DNA of 59,460 nt, the filler included, from Sphacelaria rigidula (Eukaryota), in the NCBI GenBank assembly GCA_964200075.2. It is 6 parts of 6 records of this genome, joined end to end, with 100 filler letters (N's around TTAATTAATTAA, not from the genome) between each part and the next. Parts side by side here need not be neighbours in the genome. Positions count along the whole stretch, not along the records: positions 29,782 to 39,608 come from CAXNAA020007676.1; positions 39,709 to 49,534 come from CAXNAA020007677.1; positions 49,635 to 59,460 come from CAXNAA020007678.1; 3 more parts are not named here. One strand, 5' to 3'. Positions 38,131 to 50,520 of this stretch are shown here, piece by piece. The notes beneath the pieces were generated by a model. The model searched no databases, had not been told where the DNA came from, and saw nothing but the letters and a program-made list of their open reading frames with translations. A program made the translations under genes and the position numbers. Position 1 is the stretch's first letter. The number at the start of each line of letters is the position of its first letter.

Positions 38131-38953
38131 CAGAATGTCGCTCGTCATCACCCTGCCGAGTAATCATATCGAGCACCTCGCATAACTCCGTTGCAAACGC
38201 CGCAGACTCGTCTTCTTCCTCCGTCTGCCCGGCATCCTCCACCGCGGCGGCGTGGCGGCGCGGCGGACGTCTCAGAATCGAAGCTGACAGCACTTCGCAC
38301 GCTGCGCTGCGATCGCCATTATCAAGTGCCGCCCGAGCCACAAGAGCTCGTACCCTGTCGACGTCCTTATCGGAAGATGTTAACCCCATCAAGCCGGCCA
38401 AGCGCATGAGCCCCGTTCCGGGTGGCGTGCGAACCATGCCTTCGCCCCCGCCCCAACCTTCGAATATCATATCTGGGCTAGGGCTTCGCCGTCCACCACG
38501 AGAGTAGTCATGGGCTCCAGCGCCACTACCTCTCGCCGCCCTCTCGTCGTCACGTGTCCCGCTTCCATGGGAATAGGCGGCCGGGTTACACCGAAGTACA
38601 TCCCGCATGACGGCCATCGCGCCAGCACTGCGGTCGGAGTCGGAGGTTACGGCGACAGCCGGCGTTGCATTAGCGGCCGCGGCACCTTCTAGGCGCAAAC
38701 GAAGCTGAAGAGGGACAAGATCTGATGCACCGAGGTCATACGCGAGTCTTCCGGCCTCATGCAATCTGCGCTCCTGATCCAGACGGGGGGATGACCACGG
38801 CATGAGATCCAGCCATCGTTCAGCGGCCTCTAGATCTCCCCCCCAGCTGCCGCCGCCGCCACGGAACGAAGGCGCGGCATTGAAGTGCGCGGTTGCCGCC
38901 GACAAGAGAACGTCTTCCGCCATATTCCGGTTCGAAATCCATCTCGCCTCCGC
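38131..38953 (-). CDS. NBAS: NBAS exon, Sec39 domain
   Basis: AEDVLLSAATAHFNAA...LEAAERWLDLM...QERRL...LVPLQLRL...DVLRCNPAAY resembles the Sec39/NBAS core. 823 nt, phase 0 to 1. Confidence 0.85.
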
Positions 38954-39179
38954 CTTCAGGCGTGATGGGAGGCGTGGCGAACGAGCAGGAGGCGCGCGCA
39001 GGTGGAAGGGGATAAGTTCGAGAGAGATGCTGGTGGTGAAAACATGCACAACAGATGGCAGGAAAAATCTTGAATCCGCCGTCGTCGTTTTCAGACAAGG
39101 CTGGATTGGTAGAAAACTACCACAAGGCTCCGAGGTCAAAATGCGGTGCGACCCATGTTACCTTGGTATCTGAGCTCAC

Positions 39180-39341
39180 GCCGGTTGCCCTTTCCGACGT
39201 TCCTTCCCCGCGCCCACCCCCCTCCGACACGGCTTCTTCACGTTGCATGGAACTCTCGACAAGGGCTTTGGCCACGTCAAACTGCCCCGCTTCCACCACG
39301 GCCTGCAGCACGCGACGGATCGCCCATCTTTCGCCCAGTCC
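39180..39341 (-). CDS. NBAS: NBAS/Sec39-like gene, first visible exon
   Basis: TCACAG|GGA; 162 nt; GGC|GTGAGC. Encodes AVVEAGQFDVAKALV. Confidence 0.7.
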
Positions 39342-39608
39342 CTGTGAGTACACGCAAGCGTAACACGAAACGATGGGCACGCCAATGAGGGAGCCGCGGC
39401 GGAGAAAACAACTAATATTGACGTATTCACAATACTGTATTCCGAAATAGTGAGCTATCGTGCACCTACAGCACGTGCAAGTCTTACCCAGCGCTTACAT
39501 ACATAGCAACAACGTTTGCACCACCGGACTCGGGGGGGGGGGCGTTCCTATGTGTTGCTTGCCTTGGTCGTTTGACCATTGACCACGCATCCCTTTCGAG
39601 AGGGAGCA

Positions 39609-39708
39609 NNNNNNNNNNNNNNNNNNNNNNNNNNNNNNNNNNNNNNNNNNNNTTAATTAATTAANNNNNNNNNNNNNNNNNNNNNNNNNNNNNNNNNNNN
39701 NNNNNNNN
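39609..39708. other. Artificial contig linker
   Basis: 44N-TTAATTAATTAA-44N. Confidence 0.98.
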
Positions 39709-39775
39709 ATTTTAATCCTCCGGGTTCTCATCCTCAATCAAAAGCACCATCCTCAACATAGATGATTGGCTGTTT
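39709..39775 (-). mobile_element. Terminus of a TIR element related to 47854-48264
   Basis: Near-identical reverse complement of about 59387-59452 (AACAGCC.ATCATCTATGTTGAGGATGG...). Confidence 0.75.
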
Positions 39776-40351
39776 TTACCAGGTTTTTCTGTGGGTCACG
39801 CCGAGATACTCAAGTCGGGCTGATTTGGTAAACTTGATAACTTATGGTATGGTGAGTCTTTAAGATCAAGTGGACATCGACCTGTATTTACGTGAAGCTG
39901 TCTTGAGGTATCTTGTTTCGGACACGATTTACGAGCTGAGTTGTGCTAATTACTGGACCGATCGATCCATCTGCACAGTCTGCGGCGTGCTACACTGACG
40001 CACGCCTGACAAACCTGATAACCTCTCCACAATGACATGCAAATGTGGGATTTACTGCTGCCCCAGCTCGTAGTCGGAAAAACGAAAAGCCCCACTTTTG
40101 GTTATGGGGATTCTTCTCGTGGTCGCACTGGGGTAGATGCAAGGGGTGGGGGGCTGTGTAGTACCTGTGCTGTTTTGATGGGGGTCCTTCTATATCCCGA
40201 TACCGCCCGAGGGTTCTCCCTTGACTGCTGTTGTGCATTGTACTACTTTTAGATATACATGGTATATATAAACAAGGTTCCCCTTCGGGAGGTTGGTACG
40301 GGCCTCCCGGGGGTGACGCAAGTCGAAAATATATGTTATCAAGTTTTCCAC

Positions 40352-41687
40352 GATCTTGAAATGGCTTTTGTGGTTCGGGATTGACACCCCGCGAAAAAGG
40401 GCAAGTTTGAGCGACTTCCGGTGGCCAGAACACGCTCCACAGGTATCAGATTGCGCCCAAACCTGAACGGTAATGTACCGCTGAGCCTTCTCGGTGCACT
40501 GCAATAAGACGTGTGGGAAAAAATGCCTTGCCGCCAGAGAAACCTCGGCAAAAGCGGTGAAAATATGAAATGATGCATGTACATAACATACATTGCGCGT
40601 AAAAGCACTGACAGCGCTTGCACGACCGTCCCTCCTGAAGTGAGTACCTCTACAGGCGATACCAATATAGGTATCGCGCAGAATGACATCATCCGAAGGG
40701 TACTCAATACGGATCAATGCCTGTTTGCCGGGGCAGGAGCCACCCAGCAGGTCATGATGTGGAAGTGAGCGCATGTGCGTGTCCATATATGCATTCACTG
40801 ACGTCTCACACAGTCTGGGCCGAGGGGACTCCGTTTTGAGGGCGTATCGATGGCATTGCCCCGAATCCGTATTCACTTCTTGCGTCTGGCGCAGCACGTA
40901 AAACGTTTCGTCGATCCGGGAATATGCTGTCTGTGTTGTGGTCTACCTCTGTGCCAATTTTCAGGCTGGTTTCTTCTGACACGGCGGAGAAATCCACAAG
41001 CAAAAGAACGCTTGACTTGTACTGAAAATACAGTGCTAAGCCGTCGAAAGATACATGACGTGCGCAATCGTTCAAATCTCCCTGACATCCCTGTCACAAG
41101 GATATCCCTGCGTTTGTAATTAACAGGTGCAACCTACGGGTTGCATGACCACAGGGATTTCGGCACCCCCCTTTGCTGGTCAATACAGGTGACCCACAGT
41201 GGGGACGTTTGCTCATATGTGTGCCTTGTTCAACTCGTCAAAGGCTCACCGCACGATCTGATGTTTGCTGCTGACTAAGGCCAAAGTAATGTTTGCTTGT
41301 TTTCAACTGCGTTGCTTTCATGTTCTCGTGACATTGGCGGCATAAGCGGTGTACTCGTGCTCCCAAATAAACGAGAACCCGACGAAGAGAAACACGGGGG
41401 GAAGTACCCCGCCAAACCTTAAACCATCATCCTGCTGCTTGAAGTATTTCATGGACTTGGGAAGGTTTTATTGGTTCGGGATCGACACCCCGCGAAAAAG
41501 AGCCAGTGCAGGCGACTTCCGATTGCCAGAACACGCGCCACAGGTATCAGATGACACCCAAACCTAAAAGGTAATGTACCGCTGCGCCTTCTTCGTGCAC
41601 TACAAAAGAAAGCGCGTAATAGGATGCCTTGCCGCCAGAGAAAACTCGGCAACAGTGGTGAAAAAAGTGAAATGATACATGTACATA
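40352..41687 (+). repeat. Diverged direct duplication (about 40352-40584 and 41453-41687) including a putative exon end
   Basis: WFGIDTPRKRAS..DFR.PEHAPQ in both copies, each followed by CAG|GTATCAG. Confidence 0.7.
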
Positions 41688-42599
41688 TACGGCCCATCCC
41701 ATTCGAGGTTAATGCGGCGTACCGTAACTGGTACACGACTATTATACTGTAGGAGCAGTTGGATTACCGCTGGCCGTTAAGATGTTGTGAGTGATGCTAC
41801 GGTAGGGGTACAGGAATAATTTCTGAGATTAGAATTGTTAGGAGCCCCCTACCTCATCCAAAACACGACTTACAAAAACATGCGAGAGTACGCCAAGATT
41901 ACTATTCCAATGTGCTGAGGATATCCCGAATAAATCTGCAAACGGGGATGCCCTGACCCTTANNNNNNNNNNGGAGCCCCTGAACCAGACAAAATTTCGC
42001 GAAAAAAGTGCACCCCTACCGTAGCATTGCTCTTGTGAACTGTTGCGAAGCTACGAGGCGGGTAAAAACAACCTTTCATTTGAATAGCAAAGTGCATGCA
42101 CTGCACCACGGTAGTGCAAAAGTATAGTACAGTAGCCACAGCGTAAATGCAGTCGATCGCCGCAGCACAGGCAGCGCGGCAAGCACAGGGGACGGTACCA
42201 GCAGGGATAGCCACCTAGGGAGTAGGGATGCAGCAAGTAAGTGGGCAGTAGGAAAGTACTCGGTGGAGCGTGTTGCCATGGTCACAACATATTATGAACT
42301 TTTAGGATTACGGTGTCAATATATTGAGAATACATTCTGTGTGATATGCCGGATCGTTTCACCATGCTATCGGTGATCTACCCAATGCGAGAGAGCAACA
42401 AACGAGGATCAACCAACCTGCAGATAAGTGAGAAGAAGATTCTTATCTGATCAATAGCCACGTATACCTTCCGCGTGATTCCGGAAGGAAAAATAATATT
42501 CCCGTGTGTCAGATACGCTCTTGACCGGCGTCGCGAACTACTCGTGTTCGTTGTTGGCGTGGGCACCTCCTGATGATCTCCCCGACAAGTGCCCCTGGT

Positions 42600-43060
42600 T
42601 AACTCCGAGTGTCATGTGCAAGGTCTCTCGCTTTTTTTGTTTCATCTGTCAGGGTGAAAAAATGATGCTCCTGGACAAGTGCTGGTGATAGGGACGAGTA
42701 TCATGTATAATCACTGGATCATACCGGCTCATCTGCCAGGGTCGAACCAAAAGCGACCTCCCAGAGCAACTGATGGTGGTGGACAACGAGTGTCATGTGT
42801 AAATGACTGGGTCACATTCGCTCATTTGACAGGGTCGAGGTAGACACGGCGTTCCAAAACGAGCGCCGGTGATTACCACATGAAAAATCACTATTATAGG
42901 TAATATATTTTCATCTCCCAGGGTCGAATGATAGACGATCTCCCCGAAGGATAGCCGATGGTTTACGAAGATTATCATGTGATGATCGGGTAAAATTTTT
43001 CCCCCCGCGAAGCGCGAATCATAATAGTAGTCATGTTCATTTTATCTGCCAGGCGCTCCC
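42600..43060. repeat. Degenerate tandem repeat with a period of about 90 bp
   Basis: TCATCTGYCAGGGTCGA-like motif at about 42642, 42729, 42822 and 42911; GAGTRTCATGT-like motif at about 42607, 42696, 42788 and 42970. Confidence 0.6.
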
Positions 43061-44596
43061 TGTATATGGTGGTCATACAGGAATGCTGATGGTGGATCAA
43101 GATCAAAATTTGTAAAAAACAGGGAAATGGGCATGTTCATAGACGCCTTGAACTATCACGACGAATGCGAAAATACTTCCAAAAGCAGTACAACAAACCG
43201 AGAAAGACAATCACAACGTCCACCTAGTCATAGGCACCACGTGACCACCCACACTACTCTCCAAGCCAGCGCACTAAACGGTATCACCGCCCCTGCCCGG
43301 AGAACACACCGACAGCGGAAGAGGGCACCCCATCCCAGCGGCGGCCCCCCCCGCCCCTGCAACGCACCCTATCAAGCCTTTCCTTGCTCAGGTACCGCAC
43401 GCAAGGGTACTACGTCAATCCTCCCAAAGCGGCCACACACATACTATTTGGTACGATCCTGGTGAAGATTTCTTTCTTGATGACCTCGTTGCGTACCTCG
43501 TGAATGACTGGTAGAGAGTAAGTGAAGAATTTGGCGTCATGTTGGATAACGTACGCGCGTGCAACGTCAGGAGGGGATTGTCTTGCTCGTGGGAGTTAAG
43601 ATTTACGCCGCTAATTTCGAGGCATCGAGACAACCCAGCGTACTTTCGCCTGCAGTCAGCATCATGGTTCTTTTCGTGCGAACCGTAGGGCCCAACGTAC
43701 ATCTCGCTAGAGCAACCCTTGTGGGGGTAGGGACGACGCCGGCCGTTAGAGGTGTGCGTGTGGCCATCGTTGGCGGTGTCGTGGAATTCCGTAGCCTGCG
43801 ACCTCGAAGTCCTTCCTCGCGCTGTGGTGTGAAAGAGCATTCGGGGCCAGCGCTACTTGTAGAGACTTGATCGAGGCAGCACTTCGGCTAAAGTCGATAC
43901 TACTGCGTACCACGCGCTCTGGCACATGTTGAGGGACGAGCACGGACGAGTAGATGACGGTCGAACCCGCAGGCAATATTGACCGTTCGTGCGTTTCGCG
44001 CTTTTCGATGCATGATTGTGAAGCAGTATAGTATACGGACTACCTCGTGTGGGCTACACCGGGAAACTGGGGTACATTGATTGGCTCGCACATTGGGATA
44101 TTTCAGCGTGCGCGTGTGGCAGCACGCATGGAGAATCTGTGACTGCGCGACTTTATGTGACGAGTACGCGCGACGGATTGACTTACCAGCTCTCATCCGT
44201 TCTTCCGGGCCAGCAGGGAGCAGGCCCTCCAAAACGAATCGGACCTTGGCCTGCGTGACGCATTGTTCAATAAAGCTCACGGTTGAAAATCGAGACGAAC
44301 GGAAACTGAGTAAGTAGCTCGTGGTGGAAAAAATACATGGCATAAAGCCTCTGCCAGACGATCTGGACAAGAGTACTTTCAACGAGGGACTCCTCCAGTA
44401 TCACTGGCCTCGTGCTCGACAAGACCTTTATTCTAACTTGTTTTTATCACGGAGTGATCCTCAACAGATCACGAGTCAGACAACAAGGGGCCACACAAAA
44501 AAGGGCCATCAATCCAGGATCCTCTGTCCCCTGCCACTGCTCCAATCATGGATGCGATTATGCCGAAACCTTATGGCTTGGTATCATTCGGCTACA

Positions 44597-47500
44597 GCAC
44601 CCCCACAGCGAGTTCAAGACAAACGAACGAGCGTGACAACCAACAAAAACCAAGGCGAAATTGTATGCGCCAGATCACAAAAAAATACCATACTCCGACG
44701 CTAATTTACTTGTCAGCGCCCGAGTCAACCGCCGTTTACGCAGTTCCTTCAATACAAATTCAGGCACAGAGAATGAATCTTGCGAAGAGACTCCCACATA
44801 CGTTCTTCAGCATCAAACCCATCCCAATCGACCAAAGCAATGATATCACCACTGTCATCCTCAGCGACGTGCCCCAAAGCATTCATCCGACATTCACCTT
44901 GAGCATACGAATGCTGAAATACATCTTTTTTGTTCCGCAGTGATGTGCAACTGCGAGACAGCATAGAAACGTAAACGAGCGACATGGGCCGAGTGCACGG
45001 CGCCAGAAACAATATTCTGCACCGAATATACGTGAGCGTGATTGGCTCCGACCACCCACCACGGACCCGTCCATGTGAATATCAATATGGACGTTACACC
45101 TTGCCTTCGAACACGGGCATGCAAGACGAAATTTCCAACCGCAAACTTGGGCAACACAGACTGGCCCTGAGCAAGCTTGCATTTGGTTTCGTGAGACACC
45201 GCGATAGCAGCTTACACTTCGTTACGAAACCGCACTTGCTTGTCAACCACATCTCGAACCGTGTCACGCAATACATCAGCATCCATGACATCAACGTTCC
45301 ACTCGCCGCCAGTGACAGAAGCCAATGCGGAAAACGCTGTCGCGGCGCACGCCCAAACATCACACAATACAGAGTGTTACGGTAGCGTTCACGAAAAGAA
45401 GTATTCAACGCTCACTGAGCGGCTGGAAAAACATCAACCCATTTAGACACTGACCGTTTTTGTTCTGACAAATGGACTGCAACACACGGGCAACCTCTTG
45501 CGCCATGCGTTCACAAACACCATTCGACCAAGGGGTATACGCAACAGAAAATTGGTGTTGCACCTTGAGCGCATCGCTCAGCTGCGCGAACACTCGATTC
45601 TTGAAGTGCGTGGCGATATCACTAACCCAAACACGCGGCATCCCTAAAGTCTTGCACCAACGGAGCAAGTGCTTAGCCGTAACCTCGGCGGTGGAAGCCT
45701 CGGTTGGCTCCAATCAAACGAAACTGGACAACTCATCCATGATAACCAACACGTACCGAAAACCATGTTCCTCAGGCAAACCATTAGCACCTTCAGGTCC
45801 GCTACTTCCGACGTACAGAAAACCAAAGCGAACAACTTCACCTGGCGCAGTACCATGCACAGTATCGCCATACGCACGAGGTATAATCGCACCAGCACGG
45901 GTGTCTTCACAATGCAAACACTGGCGAACGAACTCGCGAATGTGGGAATCCATGTGAAGCCACACACAGTATTCTTTCAAACGAAACAAAGTCGGCACCG
46001 CACCGCGGTGACCAGCCGATCACATGTGAGCCCACACCATCAAGCGAGTTTGTAGAGCCTTATCATCCGACGGAATCCACAAAACATCGCTACTGCCAAT
46101 AAGCACGCGAAACACACCATCGTCAGCCAAGGCAGCTTGGCCGAAAGTGGTAGGAAAAGAATTAACACCGTCGCCGACTGTTCTGCTCTGGGCGGTATGA
46201 TTGACATCTAACGAGGGCAACGAATCACCGGCATCGCACGGGCTGTACACGGCAACAGAACGAAGAGGCACGGTAGGAACCTTCACCCGGCGAGACAACG
46301 AATCTTCCCAACAATTGCGCTCTCCAGGAATGTGTTCAGTGGCATACCGATGTTGGCCGAGCACTCCTTTCTAATTTTCAAGCCGTTGCGCCATGGCCTT
46401 CGTCACCGATGTGACACACTCTTCGGGGTCAAAAATGTATTCCAGACTGCGATGATAGTTGAAAATGCGAACACCAGCCCAAAGCAAGTACTCTAGCCTT
46501 CGAAATGTATTGACTATCACGAAACCTACTTTGTCCACTGTTGCCCACCGCAACGGCGAACCCTTGAAGCTACCACTCAGAAAAGCCAACGGTTCGTGTG
46601 ACATGTTTTTCGAGCGCAGTGCCACTACTAAACTCGGCGACAGGCACTTGCGTAAAAACCCTACCCTGGTGGAAATCCGAAGCATCTGAGAACATCAGAA
46701 CAACGCGCCCTGGACGAGGATGATAAAGCGGCACCGCCTGCGCCACCAAACCTTGCGTAGCACGCCATGCCCGCACACGATCCTCCGTTCAAGCGTCTTT
46801 CCGAATGATAAATTACGCGCCACCCGCTTGGTCCGACGCGAAGCCCTTAACATAAGTTGTTTCAAAAACACACGAAGCGGCGCATCTACTTCTGCCATGT
46901 GCGGGAGCGAAGTCCGCAACCAATTCACCGCCTGCAGAAACCGCATCAGCTCACCAGCGGTTTGAGGACGTCGCATATTGCTCAAACCTTGGATGCGGAC
47001 GGGATCATGTGAAAAAGTACCTTTGGAGTACACCCTACCACACCAAACCACTTCGCGGTCAAATAAAGGTGCACTTATGCGCAGCAACGAACAGTGCAAC
47101 ACTCTCTAGGCGGCCAAGCATTTCGTCAAGCAAAGCTAACAATGCTTCTTCGGTTTCAACAAAATAGAAAACGTCATCCACCCACACTTTACAGTTTAGA
47201 CCTCGCAAAATGTCAGTCAGCACACCTTGGAAATACGCCGTGGCGTTTACAATGCCCTTTGGGACACTAGTAGGCGAAAATAAACCGTCAGGCGTGACGA
47301 TCGTAAAAATCTCCTGAGCCTCCGGCGGCAGAGGCATCTGCCAATACCCCCGGAGCAGTTCCACCTTGCCGAAGCATTGGGCTCCCAGCAACTCCCGCAT
47401 GTCTTCTTGGCTTGGCATGACCCCCGGAGACTGTTCCACTTGCGCGTTCACCACCTGGTAGTCGCTCACCAAACGGAATGTGTCCCACTTCGGCTACGCC

Positions 47501-49489
47501 ATCGCCGGACTCTACCAAAGCTGCGATGTATGAAGCAAGCCACCCGGTCTTTACCGGATCGTAACGACGAGGCTTGGTCTTTACAGCCTTCGCCTGTGGC
47601 TTGAGCTGCACCCTCATGGGCTCCACGCGCGCTGGCGGGTCATCACGCAGCGCACGACGAAATGCATCCACGCGACGAGCCAAAATATCACACAGACGAT
47701 ATGCGCCATCGGTACTCCGGCCCTTCTACTCGACCTGCTGCACGCTATTCTCTAGCGCACGTTCTCTGGCACCTCTCTCCTCCGCAGTGTCGATGAACAT
47801 GTCGGGCCCCCGATCGACCAAGCGCTCCACCGCTGCATCCGCAGGAGCCTCATAACACAGGATTTTACGAATTGGGGATGGATCTATTATTGGGGATGAA
47901 AACCCAGAGCATTAAAATCTTCGTATACACAACAAATCTTCAAAATATGCTTCCAGTTCTTCACTTGCTGGCAGCTTTTGACAACGACTACACGTCATAC
48001 AAATTTGGATTTCGATAATCGAAATGTCGGGGCCCTAGGTGCAAAGCCAATTTCGGAGCATTTTAGGTGTCCGATCGGACGGCAAAATTGTTTTTTCATC
48101 CAGGACCCCGACATTTCGGTTGTCGAAATCCAAATTTGTATGGAGTGCAGTAGTTGTCAATAGCTACCAGCAAGTAAAAAATGGAAGCATATTTCGAAGA
48201 TTTTAATTCTCCGGCTTTTTATCCTCAATCAAAGATCCATCCCCAATTTGTATAACCCCGTGATTCATCCTCACTGGCTCTCTGGAACGGCCATATGGAT
48301 ACGGTGACACACCTCGCAGCAAGATAGCTGGGAGTCTCCACGCCATTTTGCACCGGCACAGCACGCGGGCGTAACTTATGCAACGCCAACGGATGCAAAT
48401 CGATCCTGAGCTCCTTCATCGTCGCTATCCCAAACAGAACCACGTTATCCCTGCCGGGCATGGCAGCGAAAGTGATCGGTTGCAACTCCACAGTCCCCCA
48501 CGGCGTACACACGCTAAACGCAATTCGCACCGTTTTATGGGTAACCGTCACGGGAGTACTCGAGGCGGTCTGCGCCGTTTGCGGTCCGTTTTCGAACGGA
48601 AGCTGCAGCTGAGCGCCGCCAAACTGCGAAGATATTTTTTGTGTCAGCAACCCCGCACCGATCGACGTGAGCGCGGACCCAGAGTCCAGACCAAGGCGTG
48701 CCATGAACATACCTATGGAACCAGGCAAGGAAATACCTGCGCGTGGACACTCTGCGTTGTGATCGACAGGCACCACACCTGCCGAAGAACTCTGGTCGGT
48801 ACCAAGAGCCACCTGACGCCAGGACTGCGCTCCAGTACTTGGCATCAATCATTGAGAATCGGCGGTCCACGCAGACCACGTCGCCGAATATGCAGACGGC
48901 GCTGTTACACCCGTCGCAGCAGTAGGAGATGCACCAGACACGGATCCTGCCTGGCCGAGGGGTTACGAACTATTCGCTCTAGCACTCCCCACCGAAGTAC
49001 TTGCACTTCCCACGTACACTGCCCGCCCCGACACGGACGAACCAGAAGATCTGCAGTCACCACCTGATGAAGAAATCGAGAAAAAGCAGCGGAGGAACCA
49101 CCATCCGCCGCCGATTACTTGCTACCGTGGCCGCCGCGCCCGCGTCCATGGTTGGCATGGCTCCGTCCACCCTGGCGACCGCCGCGAGATCCTGATGAAT
49201 CTCGCGCATTTCTTTGAGCAGCGCCGTGAGCGCGAGACTTGGGGCAATCCTTCATCAGGTGTCCCTTGTCGCCGCAGTTGTAACATGCGCGAGTGGACGA
49301 CGCTCGCAAAGACGGCTGCTGGTTATGTTGCTGTTGTTGTTTGCGGCGCGAACCACCTGCACTTGCCGCAGAGTCGCGCCGGCCATACCCCTCAATCAAG
49401 TTCCAGTGATTGGCGGCATCAAATATCTCGTTAAACACCCGGTCAGATTCTTTTTCCAGCCGTCTACATATGTGAGTACGCTTCTGACA
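44597..49489 (-). mobile_element. Decayed Ty3/Gypsy LTR retrotransposon with chromodomain (gag-PR-RT-RH-IN-CHD)
   Basis: Zinc knuckle CYNCGDKGHLMKDC (about 49260); protease LDSGS (about 48690); RT GYWQMPL...WVDD (47059-47472); RNase H (46371-46776); integrase HM..CLHC and VWVSD (45405-46030); chromo-like LVDWDGFDAEERMWE (about 44800). G-rich tract then TGTAG at 44596 is the likely 3' LTR start. Many stops and frameshifts. Confidence 0.93.
47854..48264. mobile_element. 411-bp foldback MITE with long imperfect TIRs, inserted in Gypsy pol
   Basis: Arms of about 180 bp are inverted copies. TCAT is duplicated at 47850-53 and 48265-68; excision restores EDEAPADAAVER. Confidence 0.85.
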
Positions 49490-49534
<45 letters not shown>

Positions 49535-49634
49535 NNNNNNNNNNNNNNNNNNNNNNNNNNNNNNNNNNNNNNNNNNNNTTAATTAATTAANNNNNNNNNN
49601 NNNNNNNNNNNNNNNNNNNNNNNNNNNNNNNNNN
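49535..49634. other. Artificial contig linker
   Basis: 44N-TTAATTAATTAA-44N. Confidence 0.98.
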
Positions 49635-49854
49635 CTGGGTGTCTCACCATTTAGACACTACGTGGTACGATCATCCTCATTGTGCGGAGTTGAGGTTCTC
49701 CCACGCCGCACAACATGATCTGGCTCCACCACCATCATGGTTACCGCAAAAAAGACGCAAGCGCGCGAAGAAAATCGGCAACGTGGTTGCCAAGCTTACG
49801 CAGTGAGTGGCGTGTTTTACAGCGTCATCGCCAACCGACGTCAACCCCATCGGG

Positions 49855-50520
49855 GGTCCGCAAATACCCTTTGGGGGGAAAAGGACGACGGGAAACCCCC
49901 AAAAATTGTTTCAGGAAGTACGGGGGGCATGCGGTCGTCCATACATATGAAAGCCATTTGCCATGTGTGTCAAGGTCAGGGAGAACGTTGTTTCGGAGTG
50001 ATTCTACGGTAGGGATACACTTGTTAGTCCAAGAGTTTTGTGAGGCTGCACACTAAGGCCCAGATGTTTGTCATCCAGAGATCCTTAAGGTGCAGAGCCT
50101 AAAAAAAAATTGCGCGCCCTTACCGTAGAGCCACCCGAGTTGAAGCTCATGTTGAGCCAGTCTCCTCGAAAATGGGATTGAACACTAAAATGACGTTCAG
50201 CTCCAAGACAGTGCTCTCTCCCTGACCTAAAGTGATGGCAAAAGCTTTTCGAATGATTACCTCATGCCCTCGGCGCCCCTCAAACAGTTTCCGGGGGTTT
50301 TCCGTCTGTCGTTCGTCCCCAAACGGGTATGTGCGAAAGCACAATTTTCGGGCTGAAATTGTCCCTCTTTTCACCCCGAAATGGAGGTAAAAAGGTGCTA
50401 CGCGTATCGCAAATGCCCTTTCGGGGGAACATGTGGACGACCTCATGCCCCCCGGCCTACCTGAAACTATTTTCGTTTTTTTTCCATCCTCCGTTCCCCC
50501 ATAGAAAGGGTATTTAGCAA
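49855..50520. repeat. Foldback-like repeat: one forward and two inverted copies of a ~120-bp unit
   Basis: ATACCC..GGGG...TGTTTCAGG..GGGCATG.GGTCGTCCA at about 49860-49980 (+), 50200-50335 (-) and 50400-50515 (-). Confidence 0.55.
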
